DNA of 63,996 nt, filler included, from Diploschistes diacapsis (lineage: Eukaryota): the NCBI GenBank assembly GCA_023645945.1. It is 7 parts of 7 records of this genome, joined end to end, with 100 filler letters (N's around TTAATTAATTAA, not from the genome) between each part and the next. Parts side by side here need not be neighbours in the genome. Positions count along the whole stretch, not along the records: positions 18,198 to 46,783 come from JALAIB010000146.1; 6 more parts are not named here. One strand, given 5' to 3'. The translations under genes were made by a program, and so were the position numbers. Under the pieces are notes generated by a model. The model had not been told where the DNA came from, did no database searches, and saw only the letters and a list, made by a program, of their open reading frames with translations. The number at the start of each line of letters is the position of its first letter. Position 1 is the first letter of the stretch. Of the stretch, positions 24,101-35,601 are shown one piece after another.

Positions 24101-25358
24101 CGAAACTGGTGTCATAGAGTTGATACTGCGGGAATGCATTGCGCAAGGGCGTGCAGAAATCAATTGAGGCTTGTTACGTACCAGCTACTGACCTTTGCAT
24201 TCTTTACAGGTTCGGCTGCTGCGCTAGAGTCTATCCGTGCGACCGGTGCCATGATGAGAAAGAGTCGCACGCAAACGAGCATGCGAGCAGGATGATCTGG
24301 TAAGCATTTGTCCGACATCATTCTTTCTTTGGTTGCCCATCTCTTTTTTCTACCTTCGGCACTCGTATGCGGACTATTATGTCTATCCGATGCCCTATCA
24401 GCAGGACCTTGAATGGGTTGAATGCTTCCGGGACGCTCCAGCGACTTCAGAATGCACCGAAAGTTCTCCGCTACAACCGCAAAAACCACCGGAGAGTGCT
24501 CGAGATGGCCCTGAAACCGACGACTCTTTATCAAGGAACTGCCTGTTGCCTCAAACTTTGCGCAGGTCCATATCCGGGGCTAAAACATGCTCTACCCCTC
24601 TCTCGGCCAATGAATCGAGAGGCCCGGAGTCTTCCCAAATAGACCCGTTAGTCTGCATTGCGCATCGGAGCAGTATCCGCTGCTCACATGAACAGAGGTT
24701 TGCACAATAGCCTCGTCATCTCGTGTCCGAGGTCTCGCCCCTCCTCGGTGTCTTACAGTCCAGGCGTACGGAAGGATTCTCCGAGTCTGCAGCCCTTGGT
24801 CTTGTTCCTTCCTTGTCAGGCCTCCGGTGGCCGGGGCGCGGATGCCTTCGACACTTCCCTGCCCAGCTTGGTTCCCAGCCCAAGGCATCCTATCAACTCC
24901 CCGCTCCCCTGGGCTCTTCCATATCGAGCAATGTTGATTTCCGACCCCTCTACCCTTCCCTTTTCTCTACTCTGGATGCAACAATATCTTTTATACCCTT
25001 CACTCGTCCAATACTAACTGCATAAAACAGCGGACACTGTTCCCGCGAACAGCGCTACCACCCGGACACGTGCTCCATCTGCCGCGCTTCTCTGGTTCGT
25101 AGAACGGGAACGGGGTTCTGGGAAGGGGGGAAAGGGACGAGGGATAAGTTGAGGATGAGCCGCAAAGGTGAGTTGCGGGCTTCTTTCTTTTTGGCTGCTG
25201 CGGATGGTAGGTGGAGGATACAAGTAGACTGACGCGAAGAGAGAGGGGGAGGAGAAGGAGAGAAGATCGAGTCTGGTGTCCTTGCGCTGACTGCTAGCTG
25301 CGGGATAGATCCGAGAAAGTACAAGCGCCGCGGCGGAACGAAGGTAGGCCATGCGTGA
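21163..25358 (+). CDS. CHY zinc-finger domain protein (multi-exon; start uncertain)
   Basis: N-terminal PTDPDFPFELEYLDC region and CxxC pairs. Spliced C-terminus reads AKRSLAPRQKK / PRESLGITAGQPLPRSGRCIHYRKSYRWF / RFGCCARVYPCDRCHDEKESHANEHASRMIC / GHCSREQRYHPDTCSIC...GFWEGGKGTRDKLRMSRK / DPRKYKRRGGTKVGHA*. Confidence 0.85.
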
Positions 25359-25952
25359 GAATTATCTGTGAGGGTGGGGTGGAGGTGAAAGTCGAAGGGG
25401 CTGAAGGAGCGGGAAAGGATGAGGTGTTGGACGCTTGGCCGAACTTGAAGATGGAGGAAGTTAGGTCGGGAGGCAGATGGCGCGGAGAAGATCAGAAAAC
25501 TCTTGGCGACGAGGGGCAGGGCACGAGGAGGGAAGCAAGTTATCAAGGCGCTTGCCTCCTGTACTGCCTAACCGAGTTCTCAGTAATCGACCAGGCCAGA
25601 GAGAAAAGGATAGTAGAAACTTGGCTTTTGATCTCGTCAGATGATGAGTACAAGGATGTCCTTAGAGGGAGCATAGGTAGCCTTGTACGCGCCTGTTGCG
25701 TCTGCGGTCCGAGATGTGATTTGCGATGAGGAGCTCGGCGAGTTCTTCAAGCCTGACCTGAAGGGCTTGCTTGTTTTGCATGCTGCTTGCTATTGTGGGG
25801 GATTTGCTCCTCGTGCATCCGCTAATGGACCCGCTCATAAGAGAGGGTACTGGGTGGAAAGCTAGCAGGGCGAAGCTCTGCGTTGGGCGAAGTAGCTCAA
25901 TATCTCGGCTTCTGCTCATTGCTTGACGCTCATACTAGGGCGGTAGCCGGCC

Positions 25953-27431
25953 TCAGTACTCGAGCGTCTGTTTGATGGCGTCGTAGATTCCTGTTCATCT
26001 CGGTCAGTATCTCGCTCACGGCCTCGAAGTGGCAGGGAGCATGCAGGGGCTAGGATGACAGAAACGCCTTGTCAGAACGACACAAGGAAACGATACCACC
26101 CAAAAAAAAAAGGGAAAAAAAGGGCCAGCACTCACTCGCAACATCCGGCAAATTAACCCCCTCGAACACCAATCCCGTGTGCGTGCTCCACCCCGCCACC
26201 CTCCTCACCGGCGCCTCCAGCCGCAGAAAACACCCCTCCTGTATCCCCGCGCTCACCTCCGCCCCGACCCCCGCGTTCACCATGCTTTCGTGCACCACCA
26301 CCGCCCTGCCCGTCCTGCTGACGCTCGCCACCACACCTTCCCTGTCCCACGGATATATAGTCCGTAGATCAATCAGTTCGCAGCTAACGCCCTTGATCTC
26401 TTGTTCTAGTATTTCGATGGCGGCCGAGCACTTGTACAGCGGCGCGCCGTACGAGATGACTGTCACGTCTTTTCCGGCACGGAGCGTCTCGGCTTTGCAG
26501 AGGGGCAGGGTGTAGGCGGGTTCGGGGACGTGCTCGACGGCCGCGCGATAGAGGGTTTTGGGTTCGAGGAAGAGGACGGGGTCGTTGGAGTGCAGGATGG
26601 CGGTGGTTAGGAGGCCCTTGGCTTGGGAAGGGGAGCGTGGGAGGACGGTGACGAGGCCGGGGATGTGGGTGAAGAGGGATTCGGGGGATTGGGTGTGGTA
26701 GCTGTAGGGGAGCATCCTTCGTGTTAGCGGCGTTGGGATCCAGAAGGTCTCCCACCTGCTTCCCGACTACATATGGTGGGATAGATAGTGAGGGAGTTAT
26801 AGGCGGCTCCCTAGGAGGAGGGACAAGGAAAAAAGTGCCTGACTCACAGCCCCCCATGCCCCACTGCCCCACACGGCATCCTAACCACCAGCCCCCCCAC
26901 GCTCCTGCCACTGTGTCCCTCCCGATACCGATACTTCGCCGCCTCATTCACCAGCTGATCAAAGGCGGGGTAAACGTAATCCGCAAACTGTATCTCCGCG
27001 ACGGGCCTCATCCCCTGCGCCGCGGCCCCTACCGCGAAGCCCACAATCCCCTGCTCGCTCAGCGGCGTGTTGAAGACCCTTTCTGCGCCGAACTCTGTCG
27101 CTAGGCCAGAGCTGCACCGGAAGACGCCTCCGAAGGCAACATCCTCGCCGAAGAGGAGGACGGAGTCGTCGGCGCGCAGGGCATGCGAGAGGGCACTGTT
27201 GATAGACTGGAAGAGGTTCTGGCGTGTGGTCGGACACGAGGATGGGAGATTGGGGATGCTGGTGGAGAGGGTGGAAGGGTGGTGGTGCAGGAGGGGGGTG
27301 GTGGAATAGTCGATCGGGAGGTTGAGGCGGGCGTTTGGCGGCTGGGTTGAGGAGCGGCGTCGGGGCACGGTGCGGAGGGAGGGAGAGGGTTTGTGGACGC
27401 TGTGCAGGGTTTTGTGAATGAGACGATGCAT
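25953..27431 (-). CDS. BCKDHB: Branched-chain 2-oxo acid dehydrogenase E1 beta subunit
   Basis: [74 protein letters not shown]. Last exon [12 protein letters not shown]. Confidence 0.95.
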
Positions 27432-27750
27432 GGTGTCTACTTTGAGAACTCAATGGCCATTTCGCAAAGCACAATCGTTGTATGAAGTTCAATAGGATGT
27501 AGAGAGCTTGCGGTTGTGGCCATGGACAGCCGAGCTCATTGTGAAGCCCGCACATATGTGAGCCGACTCTAGCCGTAGATGGATACCTTCTCCTCCCCCT
27601 TGCAATAATTTGTAGGATTCCTAAATGACTTTACGCAGGGATTGCTGAGTTATTATATATGTTTTTGCTTCGATTATTCCTTGGCTATGCAGAATATGCA
27701 GCATCCCGATTGTCGAGCTAATATTTGCCCGCGTCTACCCCATACTTTAG

Positions 27751-29508
27751 TCAACCTGCTTGCTCTGCTTTGTGCTCGTCCTCTACCATTTTCGTATATA
27801 TCCTGAGACTGTCCGGACAGTCTTCACGATCCATAATGACTTCTATCAAGTTTAAACCTCGTTCACGGTCGCTAACGTCTTTCAACGCGGCTTCCAGCTC
27901 GCCCCAATTCGTGGCTTTCTGGGTATGCACGGGATAGGATGAGTGGGTTGCAGCACCAAAGAAAGCGGGCGCGTCTCGATAATTCCAAGGCGCAATATCG
28001 TTGTATGAAGCTTTCATACCATGAATCATCCGCTCAATAGTGTATCCATCGTTATTGATCAGGAAGAAGGTAAGGTTGAGTTGCTTCTTAATAACTGTGG
28101 ATAGCTCCTGTGCCGTCATTTGGAAGCTTCCGTCCCCTTGGAAAAGAACGGTCCGCCGGACAGGTCCATCTTTATTAGTCTTGGCCATATCTTGCTGCGC
28201 TATCGAGACGCCTTGCGACGCTGGCAGCATGAACCCGATGGACAGCCAGGTCGTAGAGTTCACCATCATAGTGTTTGGAGGTAGGACGAATTCACGCCCT
28301 CCCACTGACATTGTACCGGTTTCCGTGAGTATAACGTCCCCCGGTCGGAAAAACGAAGAGATTCGCTGAAAGAATGTTTTTTGATCGATTGGCGCCTGTT
28401 TGTCCTCAACGGGGGACAACGCCTCTAATAGCTTCCGTGGTGTGCCCAAATCTGGGTACGGGTCGTACTTGTGGATCCTGGTACCCTCAAGCTTGACAAG
28501 AAGACACTTGAGCACATTCTTAACATAAAGGTTGTCAGTCTCGTGAGCCTCTAGGCCATTCATCTCTATTGAGTGATGATAAAAGTCGATACGGACTTCT
28601 TTGGCAGGAATCGTGGAGAACCCTACAGTGTTGAGACTGCATTCGTCGGGTCCAAAGCGCATCACGAGATCGCACTTTTTAGCCCATGATGCGTAGTTTA
28701 GTTTCCCCATCACGCCCTGGTAGACGCCATGGAAATTTGGAACAGTTTCATCCTGAATGCCTTTCCCAAATGGCGTTGTGGCAGTTGGAAAGCCAGTAGT
28801 TCTCACAAGCCGATCGACCTCCTCTGCAAAACCGTATCGAGAAGTCCCTCCGTCAACTAGGATGAAGGGTTGTCTGGCCGAGTAGATTCTCTCGAGGAGC
28901 TTTGAGGCAACTGCATCCTCTCTTGACTTGTCATTCGCCCTGAAGGAAAGATCGATGGGCTTGGAAAGCAGTGACTTTGAAACCTGTTGCTCCGCCATAT
29001 CATCCGGAAGTTGTATGTACACAGGCCTGCTCTGCTTGAGACATTCTATGAGCGTATCGTCAATCATATGAGGTGCTCTCTCTGGATTCATCAAGATCGC
29101 CTGAGCAGCGGTAAACTCTTTCACCACCCTCGCAAACACTTCGTAGTCGCCATTTCCCAGTGTATGATGGACGTAGCGCTTGGTCTCATGGAACGACCGT
29201 GGGGGCGACCCTACAACTAGGACGACGGGCACTTGCTCGGCGAATGAGCCTGCAATAGCATTTATTGCAGAGAGCTCTCCCACACCGAACGTAACGACGA
29301 GGGCACCGATGCCCTTGACCCTAGCATATCCATCTGCAGCGTAGCCGGCGTTCAGTTCATTACAGCTGCCTACCCAGTCGAGTCCTGCCGGAGCAACATA
29401 GTCTAAAGCCCTTAGGTTGAAGTCACCGGGAACTCCATGGATTGAGTCAACGCCTAGCTGCTTCAATCGAGAGAATAAATATTCCGCGAGACAGATCGAA
29501 TTAGCCAT
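27751..29508 (-). CDS. Pyruvate decarboxylase / 2-oxo acid decarboxylase (TPP-dependent), intronless
   Basis: LAEYLFSRLKQLGVDSIHGVPGDFNL, NELNAGYAADGYAR, TFGVGELSA and the TPP motif GDGSFQMT...NNDGYTIER. Confidence 0.93.
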   Translation of the reverse strand: MANSICLAEYLFSRLKQLGVDSIHGVPGDFNLRALDYVAPAGLDWVGSCNELNAGYAADGYARVKGIGALVVTFGVGELSAINAIAGSFAEQVPVVLVVGSPPRSFHETKRYVHHTLGNGDYEVFARVVKEFTAAQAILMNPERAPHMIDDTLIECLKQSRPVYIQLPDDMAEQQVSKSLLSKPIDLSFRANDKSREDAVASKLLERIYSARQPFILVDGGTSRYGFAEEVDRLVRTTGFPTATTPFGKGIQDETVPNFHGVYQGVMGKLNYASWAKKCDLVMRFGPDECSLNTVGFSTIPAKEVRIDFYHHSIEMNGLEAHETDNLYVKNVLKCLLVKLEGTRIHKYDPYPDLGTPRKLLEALSPVEDKQAPIDQKTFFQRISSFFRPGDVILTETGTMSVGGREFVLPPNTMMVNSTTWLSIGFMLPASQGVSIAQQDMAKTNKDGPVRRTVLFQGDGSFQMTAQELSTVIKKQLNLTFFLINNDGYTIERMIHGMKASYNDIAPWNYRDAPAFFGAATHSSYPVHTQKATNWGELEAALKDVSDRERGLNLIEVIMDREDCPDSLRIYTKMVEDEHKAEQAG

Positions 29509-30569
29509 TGCTGTGATGTCGTTCGGACTCTGACGTTCACACTCTATCAATGAGGCTTTTCCGGCTTTGTACCCTGCCGGCAGCTCACTGATCAGAATTT
29601 AGATGGCGATAGAGATATGGAGGGGGGGGTTGTTCCTTGTATATAACGTCCTTCCAACCTCATCAGTACCCCTCGTTTTGCTCCTCTTTTTGGATTAAGC
29701 CGCTTTTGTCACCTACAAAGCTTTGCAAACACCCATTCAGATAGATTGCTGGGAACGTGTACGGATAGACTCAGGAATATCGTGAAAATTTCCTCACGCC
29801 TAGATAGATAATTAATCTATTGTGAGCGTTCAAAACTAAGTCCACTACCTTCGTATAGATGTTTCTTCATACCCAACCATCGGTTATTATCGGCTGCTGC
29901 TGCTCCGGCGTACACCACACTTTCGAGGTTGGTATGCCCAAAAAAGACCGACAGATATGAATGATGATGCGCCTTGGTGAGTACTAGGGCCATTGAGCAG
30001 CTTTGAGGTTGCGCCCGTCTTTCAAATGTACATCAGCCACCCTCCTATTCAAGTCAAATATCCTCAAGAAGCGAAATCCCCTTGTGACCTCTCCTCCTTC
30101 TGGGGACTGATAGACGGGGATAGACCTCTACACCAAAATGGATTGTTGATCTTCCTCATTGGATCCGATGTTGGGTCCAGATAAAACCTCTTTGACCAAA
30201 GACCTAGCTTTTAGATGTTACCGGTTCATTTCTTTCCGTGTTTCTTTCTACAATGAACTTTCTCTGGTATAAAGAGCCATAACGCTCATGACTTATTATA
30301 CTGTAAAGGGGTGGCCACCCTTCGAGCCATCTCAATAGTCGCAGATGGCTACTAGTAACTAAGGTCGACCGGTGTCTAGGGGTGTCAGCTCATGGATAAT
30401 TGCCGAGGATACATGGAAAAAGTACTTATCCACAATGACAGCACCTATCAGAGTTCCTACTCTTCAGAGAAACCCTTACTCCCATGAGCATCCCAGAAAA
30501 CTCTTGAGGCAACCCGGGCCCTTGAAGAGGGCTCACCCTATACCTAGCTTCAGGTCTGAGGCATCCACG

Positions 30570-31545
30570 GTCTCCCATGGCTTCTAATCTGCCTGTACCT
30601 TTACATCTCTGGCCTCCTTTATGGCCTCGACAATATCGTTGCCGCGGACGTGCAAGGTTCCGCAACCTCTACCTTTGGCTCCATCGAGCAATTGACCTGG
30701 CTCGGCTCCGGCTTTCCTCTAGGGAGTGTCGCTGTAATCCTTCCACTTGGCTCCCTTTATTCGGAATTCGACTAGAAACAGATACATGTCTTCAGCATCA
30801 CGGAATTCGAAGCTGGGTCTGCTTTGTGCGGTGCAGCTCCTTCTACGATGGAACTGATCGTTGGGAGGGTTCTAGCGGGGATGGGCGGTGCGGGTATCTA
30901 CTTCGGTGTACTGAATTACTTTACTAACAATACCTCTCCTCAGGAACGAGGGGCCTACATAGCAGGCGTCGGCCTTGTGTGGGGGATAGGCTGCATCCTG
31001 GGTCTTGTCATTAGCGGTGCCTTCTCGATTAGCGCAGCAACATGGTAGCGCTGGGCCTTCAATATCAATCTCTCTATAGCGAGTCTCTTTCGCCAGTGTA
31101 TCTCTTCTGCCTGCCCTCCATCAGCCTTGGAATCACTGGTTCTTGGCAAGAGAAGCTCGCAAAAAAGGCTGGTTAGGCTTCCTCTTTCTGCTGCGATCTG
31201 GATCGCTTCCACCTTTGTCTTGACCTTCGCCGCAATGATATAACCCTAGGACGACGGCCGAACGATAGCCACGTCCATCGTTCTGGCCGCCCTGCTCGTT
31301 CTCTTCACCTTCCAACAACCCTTCATCGGCACCACGGAGAGCAGTAGACTACTCCCATCTGCCTCCTCCGCTCGTGCACCCGACTCCTGCTTTACATCTG
31401 CACCTCGGCCGCAATCGCAGGCGTCTTCATCCCTATCTACTACCTGCCCCTCTACTTCCAATTTGTTGCCTCCGACACCGCGCTCCTGGCCGCCCTTCGC
31501 CTCCTCCCTTCCATCACCATCTTCGTCCTAACGAACATGCTCCCC
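30570..31545 (+). pseudogene. DHA2-type MFS drug/toxin efflux transporter pseudogene, 3'-truncated
   Basis: WLLICLYLYISGLLYGLD, WLGSGFPLGSVAVILPLG, FEAGSALCGAAP...LIVGRVLAGMGGAGIY...ATW*RWAFNINL, with multiple frameshifts and stops. Confidence 0.85.
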
Positions 31546-32861
31546 GGAACCCGAGTGCGGTGCTGGCGTGCTTAGGGTTGGGGGTGGAGAGATACGTGCG
31601 GCGATTGCGGGGGACGTAGAAGGTGTTATTCGAGAGATTGGAGGTGGTTACGGGGGCGATGGCGGAGGCATGGGTGCTTGTGATTGCGGCAGCGGGAGCG
31701 GTGCCGCTTCGTGGAGTGGGACGAGGAGGGAGCGGATGGCTTGAGGCTGGGAAAAGAGACTGCGCCGGGGGGGGGGGAGAGAGAGAGTGAAGAATGAATG
31801 ATGAGCGTCGATGACACGAGCAACCGGAAAACGAGAGAGAAAAACGAAGAGTGAGGGACCCGAAAAGCGGGGGCGTCAGATCACGTCGCTGTCCCTGTCC
31901 CGTATTCACAAACCCCGTGACCCCCCCCGGAGCTTTCCGGGATTCTACCCGCATGTATTGGCGCGGGAGGCGCGGTAGCTGATCAAAGCATAGCGGGACT
32001 CAGGGTACATAACATACATATAAACCCACATTTCCGCCTTTGAAAATCATCACCTGCTCTCCCTCCAGCAGCGCCGGCCGCCCCTTGCTTCTGAAATGCC
32101 CACCCCCCACTACTTTCCACACCAGCATCGCTTGTCCACCATCTTCCCCCTCCCTTCTCGCTCTACCTCCCCTCCTGTGCACAACTTCCACCTTTCTTCG
32201 TATCCAGCTCGGGCAAAAAAAAGATCCTCCCCACCGTAGTATTCTCTAGTATAGTAGTGCCCTTGTCCGAAACGTGGAGGGGGGGAGGAAGCACGAGCTT
32301 CCATCGCGGGATGGTAACGGTATATATAGGGCACTGTCACGTGCGATTTGGATTACAGAGGTTAGCTGGGGTTTTTGGGTTCTAGAAACAGGAAATGGGA
32401 TGGGATGGGAAGGAACGGGCATGCATCGTGATTCCCGGGATAAGAGGGGATGATGCACATGGGACATAGAGGGGGGATACTTCGGCCGAAATGTTGGGGG
32501 TGTGCTGTTGGATCGATCGGATGTTGGATTCACGTTAGATAAAGATACGGGCAGCAGGCGCGAAAGGTATGAGGGTCTGAGCTCTGGTAAAGGGGAAAGG
32601 AGTCAAAATCATTATTGGGTGCCCCCCTAAGCTATTGGTTTTTACATTGGTTTCTGCTTTTCTTTCTGCAAGGTACCCCATCAAGCAAGCTATGCATGGT
32701 TGGTTAGGATGTTAGAGCTCCCCGATAGGAGGCGCTGTGCTATCTTTTGTCGACGAGTTTTCTGGTCAGTGGAGGCTGGTTGCTGCTCGAAGTATTTGAT
32801 GCAAGCATTGGCCGAGGTCTTGGGGAGAGGAGGGTGGCGGTTGCCGTTTAGTATCCCTCTT

Positions 32862-34199
32862 TTACCACGAAGCATACTGCCGCAATCTGTTCATGTTGTA
32901 ATCCTCGATGCTCTCGTCGCTCTCCCAGCTCCGCCCGCCGTTTCCACCCCAGTCATTTCCATTTCTAATCCCATTGCCATTTGCAGTGCTCCAGCTGTTA
33001 CCGTTGTTCAGGTCATTGCCGCTGCCCCGGCCGTTTCCATTACAATTTGCACTGTTACAGCTCCAGTCATTGCCATTGTCCCAGCTGTTTTGATTGCCCC
33101 AGTTGCCAGGCCTATTCCAGTAATCGTCCTTGCACGAATCGTTGTTTTCATCCTTACCAGTCTCCTGCGTCCCGTCGCTCTTTCCACCCCAACTGATCTG
33201 CTCAGTACCAAGGTGCAACCAGTTGCGCGAGCAGAACAGGCCCTCTTCCCGAATGACTATGCATCCTAATTTTTCGCAAAGAGACTTCATCGCTAGCCTC
33301 CGAGTCCGCTCCTCCCTTTCCAGGCGTTGCACCTCGCCGCGAGTGTTTTTGACCCTGAGCCTCGCCAGATGCTCCTCTTCCCTAGCTTTTAGTGCCGCTA
33401 TGTTCTCTTGGAGCCCTTTGATCGTGCTATCGAGACCCTGCTGCTCCATTTGGAGCTCTGATACCTCTTCAACCTGAGCAGAAATGTGAGAGTCGCCAGC
33501 CTGCATCGGTCCGCTAATAGTATCATTGTCGCGACTAATATCATGTGTAGGAAGAGGCCCAACCCAAGTATTAGGTAATGGATCAGGTAATGGCCACCGA
33601 TAACCCATAACTTTGCCGCACGAACCTGGCTTCTGAGTCTTGGGGGGTTCCGGTGTATCGAGAGATGATACCGAAGGAGTCGGGATGACGGGACTAGCCT
33701 CCGCAATGGATATAGTTTCTACCATGCCAAGGCAATTGCAATCACACCCACGGTAGCTTGGGCAGGACAGTTCACAGATAAGGCGACGGTGCGGATGAGG
33801 GTGTGGTGATATTCCCGAGGGTCTTTGAACATTGTCCGGAGAGACTGATCCATGACGCTGAAGGGGTTTGGCTGGAACATCCGCCGCTATGGAGTTCTGG
33901 GAGATCGCAGCGGCAGTCGGGTAGGGGATTTCTGCCCGCGTGCTGGGAGGGTGAATGGGTGTAGACTTCTTAGTAGCCTCAATAGTAGCATTGTGGCCAG
34001 AGGACGATACGGGTGCGTGCTCTTCAGCACCCTTCTGCTGAAAGACTACACATTCTCCGCAGAGTCCTGCTAGGGAGGTATTTTTCCTGCTTAAATTCTT
34101 GCAATAGCCCCAGTAAGAGTCAGGGGCAAAATCGCACTTATCTTCTTGACAAGCCAAGTGACCACAAGCTTGGAAGGTCTGGATTTTTTCAAGACACAT
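32862..34199 (-). CDS. Hypothetical protein with N-terminal MC-x8-CGH Cys motif, coiled coil and W/N/G-rich tail
   Basis: 445-aa intronless ORF from ATG 34199: MCLEKIQTFQACGH...C...C...CGEC. Heptad region ~VEEVSELQ...LEREER. Confidence 0.7.
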   Translation of the reverse strand: MCLEKIQTFQACGHLACQEDKCDFAPDSYWGYCKNLSRKNTSLAGLCGECVVFQQKGAEEHAPVSSSGHNATIEATKKSTPIHPPSTRAEIPYPTAAAISQNSIAADVPAKPLQRHGSVSPDNVQRPSGISPHPHPHRRLICELSCPSYRGCDCNCLGMVETISIAEASPVIPTPSVSSLDTPEPPKTQKPGSCGKVMGYRWPLPDPLPNTWVGPLPTHDISRDNDTISGPMQAGDSHISAQVEEVSELQMEQQGLDSTIKGLQENIAALKAREEEHLARLRVKNTRGEVQRLEREERTRRLAMKSLCEKLGCIVIREEGLFCSRNWLHLGTEQISWGGKSDGTQETGKDENNDSCKDDYWNRPGNWGNQNSWDNGNDWSCNSANCNGNGRGSGNDLNNGNSWSTANGNGIRNGNDWGGNGGRSWESDESIEDYNMNRLRQYASW

Positions 34200-34830
34200 T
34201 TTGTATTGAATTTCTCCCAGGAGAGTCTTGGGTGGCCGAATATCTGGGTATCTGTTCAACTCAGTGCTCGATAGAAACCCTCAGGCCTACAGTGTAAGCT
34301 CGGTGCCCTTGAAGTTGTGGAGCCGATTCGTGGCTCAGTGGTGTAAATCTGAGTGTTGAAGTACCATGAGTACCAGAACTTGAAGTACTTGATGAAGTAA
34401 AGACTAGTGTTGCAGTGACAACCGATCCAGTCATCTGGAAAGTAAGTGAGAGAAACGGCAAGATTTATGAGGCAAAGTGGCGGGATGAAAAGGGAAAGAG
34501 TGGACTCAACACAACTTCAAGTTGTACTTAGTCATTCAAACGGGTCATGTATAGGGCTGGATATCGACAATCACCTGTCAAATATGCCAGTCTCAAGGCT
34601 CGAGTGAATGGAAACGAAGAGAAATTAATCCTTTAAGTATTCTTGACTGTAGGAGACAGGTAAAGAGAAATCGTACATGTCTAACATGCGCACGCTTCAG
34701 CATACTACGCACCACCACGATAATGCCTTCAAGCACGCCATTCCAACAAACCCTAAGTCATCTGGTCCATATCATCTCTAAAAACCAGAACCATGGGAGA
34801 CCAATGCTTCAGAGCTCAAGCTTCATGCGA

Positions 34831-35601
34831 TCAAGGCCCGTATTTCTCCTTACTCTTTCTTGCTGTCTCGTCAATTCGGTACTCTAGAGTGATGGGCCAT
34901 TTGCTCTCATTCTCCACAGGTTTCAACAGATCGTCTTCCTCCATCCAGAACTGCTTTCGTGTTACTCGCTCTGATGGACCTTCTCCTTTGTCTCCCGTAC
35001 CGGCTGCGGCATAACGATTGTCGCTGCCTGGCACAGAAACACGATATTCTCTTGGTCCATCTGCTTCCTGAAGATACTGAACCCCTATTTGACTCTGTCC
35101 AGTACTAACTTGGCCACCCGCATGGTCTAGCGCGCCACTCTGCTTTGAGACACTTTCAACGAATTGACCCCACGTTCCACTTTGATGAGATGTGTTCTTT
35201 AGGCATGCCTCACATTGTCCTGCCCTTTCAATTGTGAAGAATTGCGGTGCACTGGGCTCTCTTCGGCAGCCAGTTGGCTCATAATTGGCGCAGTGGCCAC
35301 AAGCTGGGTAATAATCGCGTGCAATGATGAACACGGAATCCTTGTTGGTGTAGTTGTCGCTCGTGGAGACCCCGGCAGTATTCTGAGGCAATGCAGGACC
35401 CAAGTTGGCCATATCAGTCATATGGGGAGCGGCGTCCTGGCGAATCTGCTGCGCTTTGCAGCTCGTACACGGCTCCGGCTCAAAGCGTGCTATATCGACA
35501 ATCTCGCAGCTACCTGAGGGTAGCTTCTGGAGTTGTTCGCAGAAAGTGTAATCCTCGCTGCGGTGACCGCAGGAAAAAAGTATCACGTTGAAAGTACACA
35601 T
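34831..35601 (-). CDS. Hypothetical protein with two CGH...CxxC Cys motifs
   Basis: 256-aa ORF with MCTFNVILFSCGH...C...C...CTSC and an internal YYPACGHC...C...GQCEAC. Confidence 0.7.
   Translation of the reverse strand: MCTFNVILFSCGHRSEDYTFCEQLQKLPSGSCEIVDIARFEPEPCTSCKAQQIRQDAAPHMTDMANLGPALPQNTAGVSTSDNYTNKDSVFIIARDYYPACGHCANYEPTGCRREPSAPQFFTIERAGQCEACLKNTSHQSGTWGQFVESVSKQSGALDHAGGQVSTGQSQIGVQYLQEADGPREYRVSVPGSDNRYAAAGTGDKGEGPSERVTRKQFWMEEDDLLKPVENESKWPITLEYRIDETARKSKEKYGP

Noticed and set aside
25953..30400. TPP riboswitch near the TPP-dependent enzymes
   Set aside because: No CTGAGA...GATAAT.CCAGCG aptamer core was found by eye.
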